The notes under the pieces are model-generated. The model was given only the letters and a program-made list of their open reading frames with translations, was not told where the DNA came from and did not search any database. The position numbers and the translations under genes were made by a program. 64,000 nt of DNA from positions 1,504,001-1,568,000 of the forward strand of contig OY760937.1 of the NCBI GenBank assembly GCA_963664225.1, written 5' to 3'. Each line of letters opens with the position of its first letter. Position 1 is the first letter of the stretch. Source of the stretch: Verrucomicrobiia bacterium. Lineage in GTDB: Bacteria > Verrucomicrobiota > Verrucomicrobiia > Limisphaerales > UBA1319. Below, piece after piece: positions 17,953 through 30,100 of the stretch.

Positions 17953-19007
17953 GGCACCGGGATGGCATCGAAAATGGTCTGGATAATGACATCGCTGATG
18001 ATGCCCTGTGATTCCGCCTCATAGGAAAGGATGATCCTGTGTCGCAGGACATCCGGGCCGATCGTCTTGACATCCTGCGGAGTCACATAACCACGGCCCT
18101 GCATCAATGCCCATGCTTTGGCCGCCAGTGTCAGCGAAATCGTCGCGCGCGGTGATGCCCCAACCTGTATCAGATGCTTCAAGTCGAGCTTGTAATCACC
18201 CGGAAAACGTGTTGCAAACACCACCTTCACGATGTAATCCCGCACGTCCTCATGCACTTGAATCTCATAAACCCGCTCGCGTGCCCGCTGAATTTCATCC
18301 AACGTAACCATCGGACGCACCTTTGCGCCCGATTTTCCAAAAGTCATGGTATCAAGGATCCGACGTTCCTCCTCAAAGGTGGGATATCCAATGACCACCT
18401 TTAACATGAACCGATCCACCTGCGCCTCCGGTAAAGGATAGGTGCCCTCCTGGTCAATCGGATTCTCCGTGGCCAGCACAAGAAATGGATCCGGCAACGA
18501 CACCGTCTTTCCGCCCAGTGTAACCTGCCGTTCCTGCATGGCCTCGAGTAAAGCCGATTGAACCTTTGCGGGAGCGCGGTTGATCTCGTCGGCCAGCACC
18601 AGATTGGCAAAGACCGGGCCCGGGGTGGCACTATAATTCTTTTCCTCCGGATTGTAGATCAACGTGCCAACGATGTCTGCCGGCAGCAGGTCTGGAGTGA
18701 ATTGGATGCGGCTGAAATCGGCGTGTATGGCGGAGGCGAGCGTGCGGGCCGCCAGAGTTTTGGCCAGCCCTGGCACACCTTCCAACAGAATATGGCCGTT
18801 GGCGAGCAGACCCACCAGGAGGCGGTCCACAAGCTGCTGCTGTCCAACAATGGTGCGGGCGATTTCGGCGCGCAATCGTTTCACCCAGGCCGCGACTTCA
18901 CCAATTCCATCATCCAATCCTTCGACGTCCTGAACTACTGTGGAAGGTTGCGACAAATTCAGTGTGCTTTTCGTTTCGGCAATGGCCAGGGATTCGAAAG
19001 TATTCAT
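17949..19007 (-). CDS. moxR: MoxR-family AAA+ ATPase
   Basis: GHILLEGVPGLAKT, RIQFTPDLLPAD, DEINRAPAKVQSALLEAMQE, GTYPLPEAQVDRF, GASPR. Confidence 0.95.
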   Translation of the reverse strand: MNTFESLAIAETKSTLNLSQPSTVVQDVEGLDDGIGEVAAWVKRLRAEIARTIVGQQQLVDRLLVGLLANGHILLEGVPGLAKTLAARTLASAIHADFSRIQFTPDLLPADIVGTLIYNPEEKNYSATPGPVFANLVLADEINRAPAKVQSALLEAMQERQVTLGGKTVSLPDPFLVLATENPIDQEGTYPLPEAQVDRFMLKVVIGYPTFEEERRILDTMTFGKSGAKVRPMVTLDEIQRARERVYEIQVHEDVRDYIVKVVFATRFPGDYKLDLKHLIQVGASPRATISLTLAAKAWALMQGRGYVTPQDVKTIGPDVLRHRIILSYEAESQGIISDVIIQTIFDAIPVP

Positions 19008-20944
19008 TCTGTCACCACCTCTAGTTGAGAGATGCTACCGGCGAAAAGTTTCTCCCCGTCGTAATCGCCAACCACAGCGCCGTTATCGTGTCCAACGCAA
19101 AAGTCTTCCTGCGGCTGTCTGGAAATCAATCCGGGTGCTTTCCCAGCGGCCAGCGGTTTTCCATCCACAACCAACGTCAAAGCGCCATCCCGGGCGAGAT
19201 GCGCTTCAAGTCGGAAGCGTCCCGACGGCGTGTTGCTCGCCACTATGGATACCGGCAGACCATCCTCGCGAACCGTAAAAACCGGCCTGCCTTCACGGAG
19301 GGAAAGCGCGTAACCGAATCCACTGCCGCCCTGTGCGACGATGACACCGTCACGCGTCGATGGCTCCACTTCCACAGAAATACGCAGAGACTTGCCGGCA
19401 ACTTGCGGCGCTTCGTTACTCTCCAGGACATTGCCGATGTCCAGTTTGTTGATCGGCCTCGAGTCGTAATGAGCGCCTAGGAGTTCCGCGGACGGTTCCT
19501 GGCCTGGGAGCCAAAGTCCGACCGGATGAGTCACGCGGCCTGGCGGGCGCACGCCGGGACCGAGGTTGGTGACACCAAGGTCGGCATCCATTTTTGCAAC
19601 GAGCGCCTGGAGCCGTTTCACAACCTCGGGATTATGAGCGGCAATGTTGTTTCTTTCTCCGATATCCGTGTCAAGGTTGTAAAGCGTCGGCGTAAACGGT
19701 TGGTCCGCGGCGGGTGTCGCCCTTGTGCCCGCGGCACGGAAGAGATTTTCATTCTGACGCGCGATGGCGAGTTTCCAGGGCCCGGAGCGCACGGCCTGAA
19801 GTTGGTTGCCGGAAAAGTAATAGTACGCTTCGTGAGGTGATTGGTTGCGCTGACCCAGGAGGATTGGAGAGATGTCCTCACCATCGATCCTGTTGTCCGA
19901 GGGCAGCGTGCCGCCCGAAAGTTTCACGAATGTGGGAAGTACATCGAAATTGGCGGCAACCGCATCGCTTGTGCTCCCGGCTGCGACTTTGCCGGGCCAC
20001 CACGCAATGGTCGGCTCGCGCACTCCACCCTCGAACGTGCCGCCCTTCCCGCCACGCAGCGGACCGGCCACACCGCCATTCGTCCCCTGAGTGAGCCACG
20101 GTCCGTTATCGCTGGTGAATATGACCAGGGTTTTTTCGGCAATGCCTTGCTCACGCAACGTGTCGAGCACTCGCCCAACGCTCGAGTCCAATTCCTCCAC
20201 CCAGTCGCCGAATGGGCCGTTGGCCGACTTGCCTTTAAACTTGTCGCCCGGGTGAACCGGTGTGTGGACGGCCGTGTGCGGCATATAAAGAAAGAATGGT
20301 TCATTCTTGTGATCACGAATGAACTTCACGGCTTCCGCAGTGTATCGCTCCGTGAGCCGGTCCTGGGCGGCGGGTGAAACCGTTTCGATCACCTGCCCGT
20401 CGCGCAAAAGCGGCAGAGGCGGACGGCGATTCGACTTGTTCGCGGCCAATGCGGGCTTGCTGGCCGTCTCACGCCCCCCCATGTCGTTCGAGTAAGGCAG
20501 TCCGAAATAGTGATCGAAACCGTGCCGTGTCGGCAGAAACTCCGCATGGTCGCCGACATGCCACTTCCCAATCGCCATGGTGGCATAGCCCTGTCGCTTG
20601 AGAAGTTCTGCGATCGTATGTTCGTTGGTGCTCAGGCCAATGGCCGCCGCCGGGGGGAGCACCTGTGGGAGCGAAACACGTTTGGCGTAAGAACCGGTAA
20701 GGATCTGTGCCCGCGAAGGGGTGCATACCGGTGCCGCATAAAAACTCGTCAACTTCATTCCTTCACGCGCCAATCGGTCCAGGTGGGGCGTGCGGTTTAT
20801 GGTCGAACCGAAGGGCCCAATGTCCCCGTAGCCCAGGTCGTCGGCCAGAATGAGGATAAAGTTGGGGCGGTCGGCCGCATGGGCGGCCATGAGTCCAAAG
20901 AGCAGCCCTGTAAGCAGGGTGATGCCAAAGCGGAGTTGTTTCAT
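19004..20944 (-). CDS. Cys-type (FGly) sulfatase with C-terminal LamG-like domain
   Basis: PNFILILADDLGYGD, CTPSRAQILTG, GKWH, SDNG; extra ~130-aa beta domain at the C-terminus. Confidence 0.93.
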   Translation of the reverse strand: MKQLRFGITLLTGLLFGLMAAHAADRPNFILILADDLGYGDIGPFGSTINRTPHLDRLAREGMKLTSFYAAPVCTPSRAQILTGSYAKRVSLPQVLPPAAAIGLSTNEHTIAELLKRQGYATMAIGKWHVGDHAEFLPTRHGFDHYFGLPYSNDMGGRETASKPALAANKSNRRPPLPLLRDGQVIETVSPAAQDRLTERYTAEAVKFIRDHKNEPFFLYMPHTAVHTPVHPGDKFKGKSANGPFGDWVEELDSSVGRVLDTLREQGIAEKTLVIFTSDNGPWLTQGTNGGVAGPLRGGKGGTFEGGVREPTIAWWPGKVAAGSTSDAVAANFDVLPTFVKLSGGTLPSDNRIDGEDISPILLGQRNQSPHEAYYYFSGNQLQAVRSGPWKLAIARQNENLFRAAGTRATPAADQPFTPTLYNLDTDIGERNNIAAHNPEVVKRLQALVAKMDADLGVTNLGPGVRPPGRVTHPVGLWLPGQEPSAELLGAHYDSRPINKLDIGNVLESNEAPQVAGKSLRISVEVEPSTRDGVIVAQGGSGFGYALSLREGRPVFTVREDGLPVSIVASNTPSGRFRLEAHLARDGALTLVVDGKPLAAGKAPGLISRQPQEDFCVGHDNGAVVGDYDGEKLFAGSISQLEVVTE

Positions 20945-20992
20945 AATATGAGTAAGCTTAAGGAGGCGCGTTCAAATATTGCTCACAGGTTC

Positions 20993-22561
20993 TTATCGGG
21001 ATTTTCCATTCCCGGGACCGCCCGGGTTTGCATCCACGCCTTGCGCCGGTTGTTCCAAGGCGAATTGATCATTATCCCTGAGTTCCTTCTTCAATCGGTA
21101 GAGCTCTGTTTTCAGTTTGGCGACAGTCCCGACTTGCGCAGGGTCGTTGTAGAGATTGTGCAATTCCGCCGGGTCATGGAGGAGATCATACAATTCCCAT
21201 TGGTCCTTCTTATGGAAGTAAATGAGCTTGTGTGTCTCCGTACGGACGCCGTAGTGAGCGCGGGTATTGTGATCGCCGGGGTCGTGGTAATAACGGTAAT
21301 ACCAACTGGTGCGCCAGTCAGTGGGGCGTTTGCCGGTCAGTAACGGGACCAGGCTGCGACCCTGCATGTCGGCGGGCACGGGAAGGCCCGCGATTTCCAT
21401 GAAGGTCGGCGCAAAATCCACGTTAATGGCCATCGCCGTTTCCGTGGTGGCCGGTTTAACGACTCCCGGCCATCGGACCAGGAACGGCATGCGAATGGAT
21501 TCCTCGTACATGAACCGTTTATCGAATAAACCATGGTCGCCGAGGAAGAATCCTTGATCGCTGGTGTAGATGACAATTGTGTTCGTGCTCAGCCCGGTTT
21601 GGTCAAGGAAGTCGAGCAACCGTCCGACGTTGTCGTCCACGGACTGCACGCAAGCGAGGTAGTCCTGCATGTAACGCTGGTATTTCCATTTCTTGAGTTC
21701 ATCCCCTGCTAGGATCTTCTTTTCGCCATTGAGTTCGATCTCCACCTCAGCCGGCTTGACTGCCAGCCATTTGTTGCGCTCCCCCCCTTTGAGCGAGGCA
21801 GGCGGTTCAAGTTTTAGGTCGCGCCGACTGAGGTCGTCGAACACCCGCTGGCGATTTTCATGCAGGGCATCCGTGCGCCCGGCGTAATCGTCCTGCAAAG
21901 TTGACGGCTCGGGCAACTCCTTATTGGCGAACAGGGCCTTGTTTTTGGCGTCGGGCTCCCAACTTCGGTGCGGGGCCTTGTGCTGGCACATAAGAAAGAA
22001 AGGTTTGTCTTTGGGGCGGTTCTTGAGGAACTCAATGGACAGATCGGTGATGACATCGGTGACGTAACCGGGGAAGTTGGTGCGTCCATCGGGGGTGAGA
22101 AAGGTGGGATTGAAATAGACCCCCTGGCCGGGCAGGATGCTCCAGGAATCAAAGCCGGTTGGATCGCTGCCCAAGTGCCATTTGCCGATCATGCCGGTGT
22201 GGTAACCGGCGGCCTGGAGATATTTGGCGACGGTCGGTTGCGAGCCATCAAAGCGGTTGAAGACAGGCACCCCGTTGATGTGGCTGTACTTGCCAGTGAG
22301 AATCGCTGCCCGGCTCGGGGTGCAGATGGAGTTGACCGCGAACACACGATCAAACCGGATGCCTTCCCTGGCCAGACGGTCCAGATTGGGCGTTTGATTG
22401 ACACGGCTGCCGTACGCGCTGATGGCGTGGGCAGCGTGATCGTCCGACATGATGTAGAGGATGTTTGGTCTGGCTGGGCATTCGGCACCGCCCAGGCCCA
22501 AGCTGAAAGACAGGAATACCGCCAGTGTGACGAACAAGACTTTCACTCTTCTTCTCCCCAC
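20993..22561 (-). CDS. Cys-type (FGly) sulfatase, N-acetylglucosamine-6-sulfatase-like
   Basis: PNILYIMSDDH, CTPSRAAILTG, HKAPHR, SDQGFFLGDHGLFDKRFMYEES. Confidence 0.93.
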   Translation of the reverse strand: MGRRRVKVLFVTLAVFLSFSLGLGGAECPARPNILYIMSDDHAAHAISAYGSRVNQTPNLDRLAREGIRFDRVFAVNSICTPSRAAILTGKYSHINGVPVFNRFDGSQPTVAKYLQAAGYHTGMIGKWHLGSDPTGFDSWSILPGQGVYFNPTFLTPDGRTNFPGYVTDVITDLSIEFLKNRPKDKPFFLMCQHKAPHRSWEPDAKNKALFANKELPEPSTLQDDYAGRTDALHENRQRVFDDLSRRDLKLEPPASLKGGERNKWLAVKPAEVEIELNGEKKILAGDELKKWKYQRYMQDYLACVQSVDDNVGRLLDFLDQTGLSTNTIVIYTSDQGFFLGDHGLFDKRFMYEESIRMPFLVRWPGVVKPATTETAMAINVDFAPTFMEIAGLPVPADMQGRSLVPLLTGKRPTDWRTSWYYRYYHDPGDHNTRAHYGVRTETHKLIYFHKKDQWELYDLLHDPAELHNLYNDPAQVGTVAKLKTELYRLKKELRDNDQFALEQPAQGVDANPGGPGNGKSR

Positions 22562-24000
22562 ACTTTTGGTGTTTTGAAGCCCTTGGTTACGGGTGCGGAC
22601 TTTGGTGGCACGGCAGTTTTGGCGAAGACCTCGAGACGGGCGCGCAGTTCCTTCACCTTCTCCGGTTGTGCCGCCGCCAGATCGTTCTTCTCGTATGGAT
22701 CCCGGGCCAGATTGAATAGTTCGACGAGTTCTTTGGTTGATGCCGCCGCCAGACTTTCGCGGCGCGGTTGAATTGTTTCGCCATCATTCTCGCCATCGCC
22801 AGCAGCCACTTTCCCATTCAACACCAATTTCCAGTCACCAACGCGAATCGCGCCGTTCTGGGGCGTTGAATTAAGCAGGATCTCCGAATGCGGCGATGGC
22901 TTGCCTTCAGCGATGGTGGGCCAGGCGTCCCTGCCGTCCAGCGGCAGCTTCTGTTCTAGTGAAACGCCGACAAGGTTCAGCAACGTGGGATACCAGTCAA
23001 CGATATGGAGGGGCTCGTTCACTATGGAGCCCGGCTTGATGCGTCCATCCCAGGTCGCAAACGCCGCGACCCGGGTGCCGCCTTCGTAAAGGGTGCCTTT
23101 ACCAGCCCGCAACGGGCCATTGCTGGTGACCCGGCCTGGTGCGGGGCCGCCGTTATCACTGGAGAAGATGATGAGTGTGTTCTGGCGCAAACCCTTGTTC
23201 TCCAGCGCTGCGATGATCGTGCCGATGGCTTCGTCCATCGCGGCGACCATGCCTGCATACGTGCGGCGCGGCTCCTTGAGTTGCGCGTACGGCTCCTTGT
23301 ATTTCTCCGGCACCTGATGGGGTGCGTGAACGGCATTGAAGGGCACATAAAGAAACAGAGGCTTGCTCACATTGTGCTCGGTGATGAGCCGCGCCGCCTC
23401 CCTGGCGTTGAGAAATGTGGTGTAGCCTTCATCTCGTGAAACCTTGTCATCCCGATGCCAGTCGAAACCGCCATCACGGATGTGCGTGAAGTAATCCAAA
23501 GCGCCATTGTAATGACCGTATTGATGGTCGAAGCCGCGTCGGGTCGGCAGATAGGCAGGCTCGAAATGGCCCAGATGCCACTTGCCGACAATGGCCGTCT
23601 CGTAGCCGGCTTCCTTCAACGCCTGAGGCAACGTGCGTTCCTCCAGCGGCAAACCGTATTGCGCCCATGGACGCACCACGCCGACCTGCAAACCGTGCCG
23701 GATGGGATAACGCCCGGTCATGAGTCCGGCTCGTGTTGGCGAGCAAACTGGCTGCACATAGAACTGCTCCAACCGCGCACCGGCAGTGGCGAGCCTGTCG
23801 ATATTAGGCGTCTTGATTTCGCTGCCGTGAAAACCGACATCGCCCCAACCAAGATCGTCGGCAAGGATATACACTATATTGGGACGTCGGGAGAATTGGC
23901 CTCCCGGGAGTTCGGCGGACTGATTGGCGCCAGCCACGTTCAGGCCTGGCGCGGCGATGGCGATCGCCATCCAAAGAGCGATAATATTCTGCGTTATCAT
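22543..24000 (-). CDS. Cys-type (FGly) arylsulfatase (arylsulfatase B-like)
   Basis: PNIVYILADDLGWGD, CSPTRAGLMTGRY, GKWHLG, PLRAGKGTLYEGG. Confidence 0.93.
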   Translation of the reverse strand: MITQNIIALWMAIAIAAPGLNVAGANQSAELPGGQFSRRPNIVYILADDLGWGDVGFHGSEIKTPNIDRLATAGARLEQFYVQPVCSPTRAGLMTGRYPIRHGLQVGVVRPWAQYGLPLEERTLPQALKEAGYETAIVGKWHLGHFEPAYLPTRRGFDHQYGHYNGALDYFTHIRDGGFDWHRDDKVSRDEGYTTFLNAREAARLITEHNVSKPLFLYVPFNAVHAPHQVPEKYKEPYAQLKEPRRTYAGMVAAMDEAIGTIIAALENKGLRQNTLIIFSSDNGGPAPGRVTSNGPLRAGKGTLYEGGTRVAAFATWDGRIKPGSIVNEPLHIVDWYPTLLNLVGVSLEQKLPLDGRDAWPTIAEGKPSPHSEILLNSTPQNGAIRVGDWKLVLNGKVAAGDGENDGETIQPRRESLAAASTKELVELFNLARDPYEKNDLAAAQPEKVKELRARLEVFAKTAVPPKSAPVTKGFKTPKVWGEEE

Positions 24001-24186
24001 ATCAAACCGTCCTATTTTGTAATATTGTTTTGATGGCTGTCCCGCCTCTCATCGCTTCCATTATTTGGATCCCATTTTGGTTCAGATTGACCGCGCCAGG
24101 CTGCGGAGGACGCTGCCCGACACGGTTGATGCACGAACTCAGGAGGGATTCATTGGCAGATTAATGACTTGGCGATCACGGACTGG

Positions 24187-27100
24187 CTATCGAACCAACC
24201 TGAAGAATCCAATCGTGTTGTTTGTGCTTGATTCCCGATATGGGCTTGCGGCTCCATCAACTTCCGTAAATGGACCTTTTATGTCGGATGCCCGTTGCAA
24301 CCTGGCGGCGCCTTCCCAAGTGATGATCAATGTTTTACTTTCAACCCGGTAGCCGCCGAATACCGGCAGCACAAGTAGAGGAGGTGGGGTAACCGCCGCC
24401 TGGTAATGCGCTGTGACGCGATCGCTGGTCAGGGCATGATTATAGAGCGACAGTTCGTCAATGACTCCGCTGAAGAAATCATTGGTGCTGACCACCACGC
24501 CATCGTGACGTAAAAACTTGTCACCGTTGCCAATTTGAGTGCCGCTGCCCGTGTGGTTGTAGATTTGCCCTGCCCCGACCGCTTCGCCCGCGAGAATCCC
24601 ATTGGTATACAACCGCAATTGGCCCGCAAATCCCGAATTATCTCCGTCCAGCACAGCCACCACGTGATAACTTTCATTCACCCGCACGGGCGCGCTCACA
24701 TACACCGCACTGTTGCTGCTTCCCAATAAGTTTCCCCACGGCGAGCCAGGCCCCTCGCTTTTGTTATTGAGGGCCTGCCAGACCAGAAGCGCCTCATCCG
24801 GAGTATCGCTGTCTTGAGTGCCGTAAAGATATAGTCCCAATCCCCGGTTTCCGGCGCCCTGTTTGTAAAGCACTGGCGCCTGCACATTGGTTCCACCCCG
24901 GGGCAGACTTGCTGCCTTAAACCAGAATTCGACGGTTTTCTTTGCCCACGGCCCCACGGTGCCATTCAAATCAGAACCATTTGGAATAGTGATGCTCTGC
25001 TTCTGGGCGGCATCGAGTTGAACGGCGGTTCGGTTCAAATTCGTAGCCAGTCCAGGAACCCCCAATTTCGGCCCGTTAATATAAGTTCCCTGTGCCGTAA
25101 TAAGCGTGTCCAGTTTGGCGGTCAGACTATAGGCAATGCTGCCATTGGTTTCGCCAAACGGCCAGTACCTTACCGGATCATCGGCAAGGACCTCCTCGGC
25201 GTAGCTCACCTCTGTCTGGAACGTCACTTTTGTGTTCAACACATTGGGAATCCCAGCCCGGTCCCGAATGCCGCTGATAGTCAACTGATAAGCCTGACCC
25301 GTGGTTTGCGGACTGGTTCGGAGCGTTACCTGGCGTGCGCTGGAATCAAGGATGGCTCCCAGGATTTGCAGCGGCGCCACAGCGTAATTGGCCGTATTCG
25401 TCGCGGTGACTTCGTCCACCGGCTCATCAAAAACAAGACGCACTTCATTCAGAGTTCCCCCAAAACCCCGAACCTGCTGAAGCACCGGCGCGGCAATGTC
25501 GCTTTGCACCGTGACTTGCGCCGTGGAACTGCTCGTTTCGCTGAATTCATTTCGCAAGGTGACGCGGTAGCTGCCTTCCGTATTGGCAGAAAGAACCAAA
25601 GTGAGCTCGCGATTTGTAACTCCAGGTAAAACCGTGTTATTCCGATACCACTCGTACGTGTAAGGGCTTGCCCCCGTCGGAGTCACCGTCAAGATCACCA
25701 CGCTATTCTCCAAGCCGGTCAGGTTTGTCAAATCATGCCCGGGCACAATGCCAACCGGTCCGATATTATAGGGCTGGCCTGCGGGCGCGGCAAAAGCAAA
25801 CGTCACGACCGTCGGATTGGGGGTGAGACGGCTCGGCTGTGCGGCTTGATCGAGGACGTCGCGAATAGTCAGCTCATATTGGGTCCCAAGCTGGAAGTTA
25901 AAGCTTCCGGCAAGTTGAACGGAACTTTGGTCCGCCAGCAATACCGCCGTGGTAATGGGCACATTCGCTCCCGCCAGACTCCGCAGAGAATAATTTGCCA
26001 GATTCGTCGAGGTGGCCGGATCAACCGGCTCGTTGAATGTGACCCGAACCCCGTTGGGATTACCCCGATGGTCCACGGTTTGAACCGCAGGCGGAATCAA
26101 GTTGGATGCGTCATGAGTTATTGCCAGTTGATGAAGCGCCGTCACGCGCTCGCCGGTCAGGGCCTCGTTGAAAAGTGCCAACTCATCCAGGATGCCGCTG
26201 AATGGGCTTTTGCTGGCTGGATTGCCGCCGTCGTGCAAAAGCACGTCGCCATTGGCAATCTGGATGTTTGAACTGTGGTTGTATAATTGCCCGGCTCCAG
26301 GAGCTGTTCCTGCCAGCACGCCGTTGGTGTAAAGCCGCAATTCGCCGGCAACCCCGTTTGTATCGCCATCCAGGACCGCGACCACATCATAAACCTCACC
26401 CAGGCGAATGGGGGCCGACACATAAACCGAGGTGCTGCCGTCACCGACTTTTGTGCCCCAGGGCGAACCGGCCCCTTCCGACAGATTGTTAAAAGCGTTT
26501 AACACCAACAAGGCTTCTGTCGGATTGGCCACATCCTGGCTGCCATACAAATAGAGTGTCAAACCACGATTTGCACCCCCTTGTTCAAAGACCACTGCGC
26601 TTCCGTTGGTGCTCCCGCCGCGTGGCAACGAGGTCGCCTTAAACCATAGGCTGATCGATTTTTTCGCCCAGGGACCGGAGGTGATGTTCACATCCACCCC
26701 GTTGGGCACATTGATGCTCTGGTTTCTGGCGCCATCAAACTGAATCGCGGTGGAACCTCCCAAATTAGCCACCAGTCCCGGGACGCCAAATTGAGGTCCG
26801 TTTACCAGCGTCGCCTGCCCCGTAGTCAGGGGATCGTTAATCGTGGTTAAACTGTTTGCGATCGGACTGCCATCTATTTCCTCAAAGCGCCAGTAACGCG
26901 CGGGAACATCGGCCACAATCTCGTCGTTGTAGTGGCGCGACGTCACAAAATTGACTTGTGCGAACAATGGACTCGCCGATATGGACTGGTCGGTAATCCC
27001 GTTCAGATGCAGAACATAATTGGCGTCCGGAGTCAGAGGTGATGTTTCCAGCACCACCGAGCGTCCGTCAGCCGATTGGCTGGCGGACAGAATCTGGGCC

Positions 27101-30100
27101 CTGTCCACTGAGTAAAGACTCGCATTGGTTGCAGTGGCGGGGCTCAAGGCTTCATCGAATTGGATCTCCACTTCACTTCGAATCGTGGCCAAGCCCCGGA
27201 CAGCCACAATGCGCGGAGGCAATGTGTCGGGCTGAACGACAAGACTGGCCGTCCGGCTGATCACACCGCTGAACTCATTGCTGATCGTCACATAATACTG
27301 TCCAGCCGTTGCCGGGGCGCCAACGACTTGAAGCAATCGATTCGTCTCACCCGCGAGCGCTGTGTTATTCTGATACCATTGGTATTTGAATGGACTGGCG
27401 CCCTGGGGCACGATTGAAAACGTGGTCGTTGCGGTCTCGTTGATCGTGCGATCCACCAAATCCGTTCCCGATTGAATGGTGACCGGACCCAGGTCCCCAT
27501 CCGCATAATTAATCCGGATATCATCCAGCCAATGCGATTCAAAGGCACTGCTGGTGCGGGCGCCAAAACCGATCTGGGCATTTTTCAAGCCGGTAAAACC
27601 TGTGGAAAATTGTTCCAGAATGGTGGTGCCACCATAGGTCAATGTTAACCGGCCATCCCGCTTTAGATTGATATCCACGTCCACCCATCCGGTGGTGGTT
27701 AAGGCGGGTACTGGAGCGACTCCCGTTGGAACATTGGTGATCACCTGGCCCTTCCACTTAACCGCAATGGATGGAGAAACATCGGCGAGTCCTGATTTTG
27801 CGGTGTCAAACGCCACGATGAATCCCTGACCGGTCGTCGTGATGGCGTTGGCATTGTAACCCTCTTCCGGATAAGGATACGTGCCCGCGGGCAAATCCGA
27901 CGCGAGGTTGAAGCTGAATCCTTCTCCGGCCGGGATGCTGGCATCGGAAATCCTCGTCTTAAAACTCACTCGGATTTGTTCCACATCATTGCGCTCGGTA
28001 AAGAGAATGCTCCCATTCTGGTTGGAACTTCCATCCGTCAGCTTCAGGTATCCGCTGCCATCATAGCTGTTATTGGTCCGCACTTCCGTGTTGCCATATT
28101 TCTTGATGGTTGCGGGCAAAGCGCCGTTAAAGTCATACAACACACCGCTCGAAGCCTGGTATGTCAATGGGAGCGACGTTGGATTAGGCTGCAGCGTGCG
28201 ACCTGTTGGAGAGCTGTCTTTTAAATCATGTGCCAGCAGTTGATAGCTCTGGCCGGGCTGGAAATTGAAGGATCCAGCCAATTGGACACTGCTCGCATCA
28301 TCCAGCAAAGTGGCGGATTGAATGGCTAATGGCGTGCCGTTGGCCGACGATAACGTGTAATGGTCGATCGCCGTTGCCAATGCAGGAGATAGAAAGTCCG
28401 AGAATAATACCCGCACCCCGTTGGGATTGCCCCGCGTATCCACCTGGGTAATCGTCAAAGGTTGCTGCTGAATCCCCACGTCCACCGTGTTGGCAAAGTT
28501 ATAAAGCACCGTCACCCGCTCGGTGGTCAATGCGGTATTGTAGATTGCCAACTCATCAATCACACCATCGAATGGGCTCTTATTGGATGGATTGACACCG
28601 TCATGAAGCAGAATAGTGCCATTGCCAATTTGAATATTGCTGGAATGATTATAGAGCTGCCCGGCGCCTTTGGCGGTTCCCGCCAATGTTCCGTTCAGGT
28701 ACAGACGCAATTCGCCGGCTGTTCCGGTTTTGTCGCCGTCGAGAACGGCGACGACATGATATACCTGGCCAGTTTGGACAGGCGTTGACACATACACAGA
28801 CGAGCTGCCATCGCCACTCTTGGTCCCCCAAGGAGAACCCGGCCCATCCGTTAAGTTATTAAATGCGTTGAATGCCAGCAAGGCTTCTGAGGGATTCGCC
28901 ACATCCTGGCTGCCGTACAAATAGATCCCATATCCCCGATTAACCCCACCGGCCTCAAAGATCACGGCGCTTCCCTTGGCGGCTCCCCCGGAGGGCAACG
29001 AGGTCGCCTTGAACCAGAAGGAAATGGTCCGCTTGTCCCAGGGACCTGTATTAATGTTCAAATCTGAACCGTTAGGCACGGTGATGCTTTGAATCCTGGC
29101 GGCGTCAAATTGGATGGCTGTGGATCCAACCAGATTGGAAACAAGTCCGGGCACACCAAGTTTTGGTCCATTGACCAAAACCGATTGCCCTGTAATCAAA
29201 GGATCCAGCAGTGTAACGAGGCTGTCAACCGTTCCACTATTCTCTGCTTCCTCAAAGCGCCAATAACGGACGGGCTGATCTGCGAGCGCTTCCTCTGAAT
29301 AGGTCTTCGTGCCACGGAAGCGGACCAGTGTTGTCAACGCATTGCCAGCCACCGATATATCTTTCAATCCGTAAATGTGCAGGACATAGGAGAAGCCGAT
29401 GTTTTGAGGTGATGTCGTCAGAATGACCCACCGGGCATCCGCGGAAAGTCGGGCACTGAGAATTTGCAGCCCATCCACCCTGTAAATGCTGGCGTTGGTC
29501 GCTGTCGAGATGTCGAGTGCTTCATCAAATTCAAGTTGCACCTCGCTATTGGCTCCCGCCAGTCCCCGGATGGAAACCAGTCGCGGCGGAGTGGTGTCTT
29601 TGATGAATCCAACTGCAGCCACCCGGCTGGTCACGCTGCTGAACTCATTGCTGATCACCACCTTGTATTGCCCGACTGCGCCTGCTGTGGCCGTGAAGTG
29701 GAGAACATGGTTTGTTTCCGGGAGAATGGCGGTGTTATTAAAATACCACTGATAATAAAAGGGCGAGGCACCCGCCAATTGCACCGATAAATCGACCGCC
29801 TGGTTTTCAGCCGCCTGGACATCCTGCAAATCCGTCGTAATGCTTACCGGACCAAGTCCACCATCGACCGGCGCCACAAACGAAAACGAACTGACGGTGG
29901 GATTCGGGTCCAGACTGTTGGCGGTTAATGCCTGGTCCTTGATGTCACGCACTGTCAATTGATAGCTTTGACCCACCTGGAAATTAAATATTCCCGCCAA
30001 TTGGACACTCGTGCCAGCGTTCAATGACTTTGCCGACTGAATGACCAGCACCGCACCGCCGGGGCCCTGCAGGCTGTAATGGCTTAAGTTTGTCGCGGCA

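Noticed and set aside
24004..24028. Degenerate copy of the N7 operator before the first sulfatase (similar ones near 10763 and 34936)
   Set aside because: Too many mismatches to separate from AT-rich background
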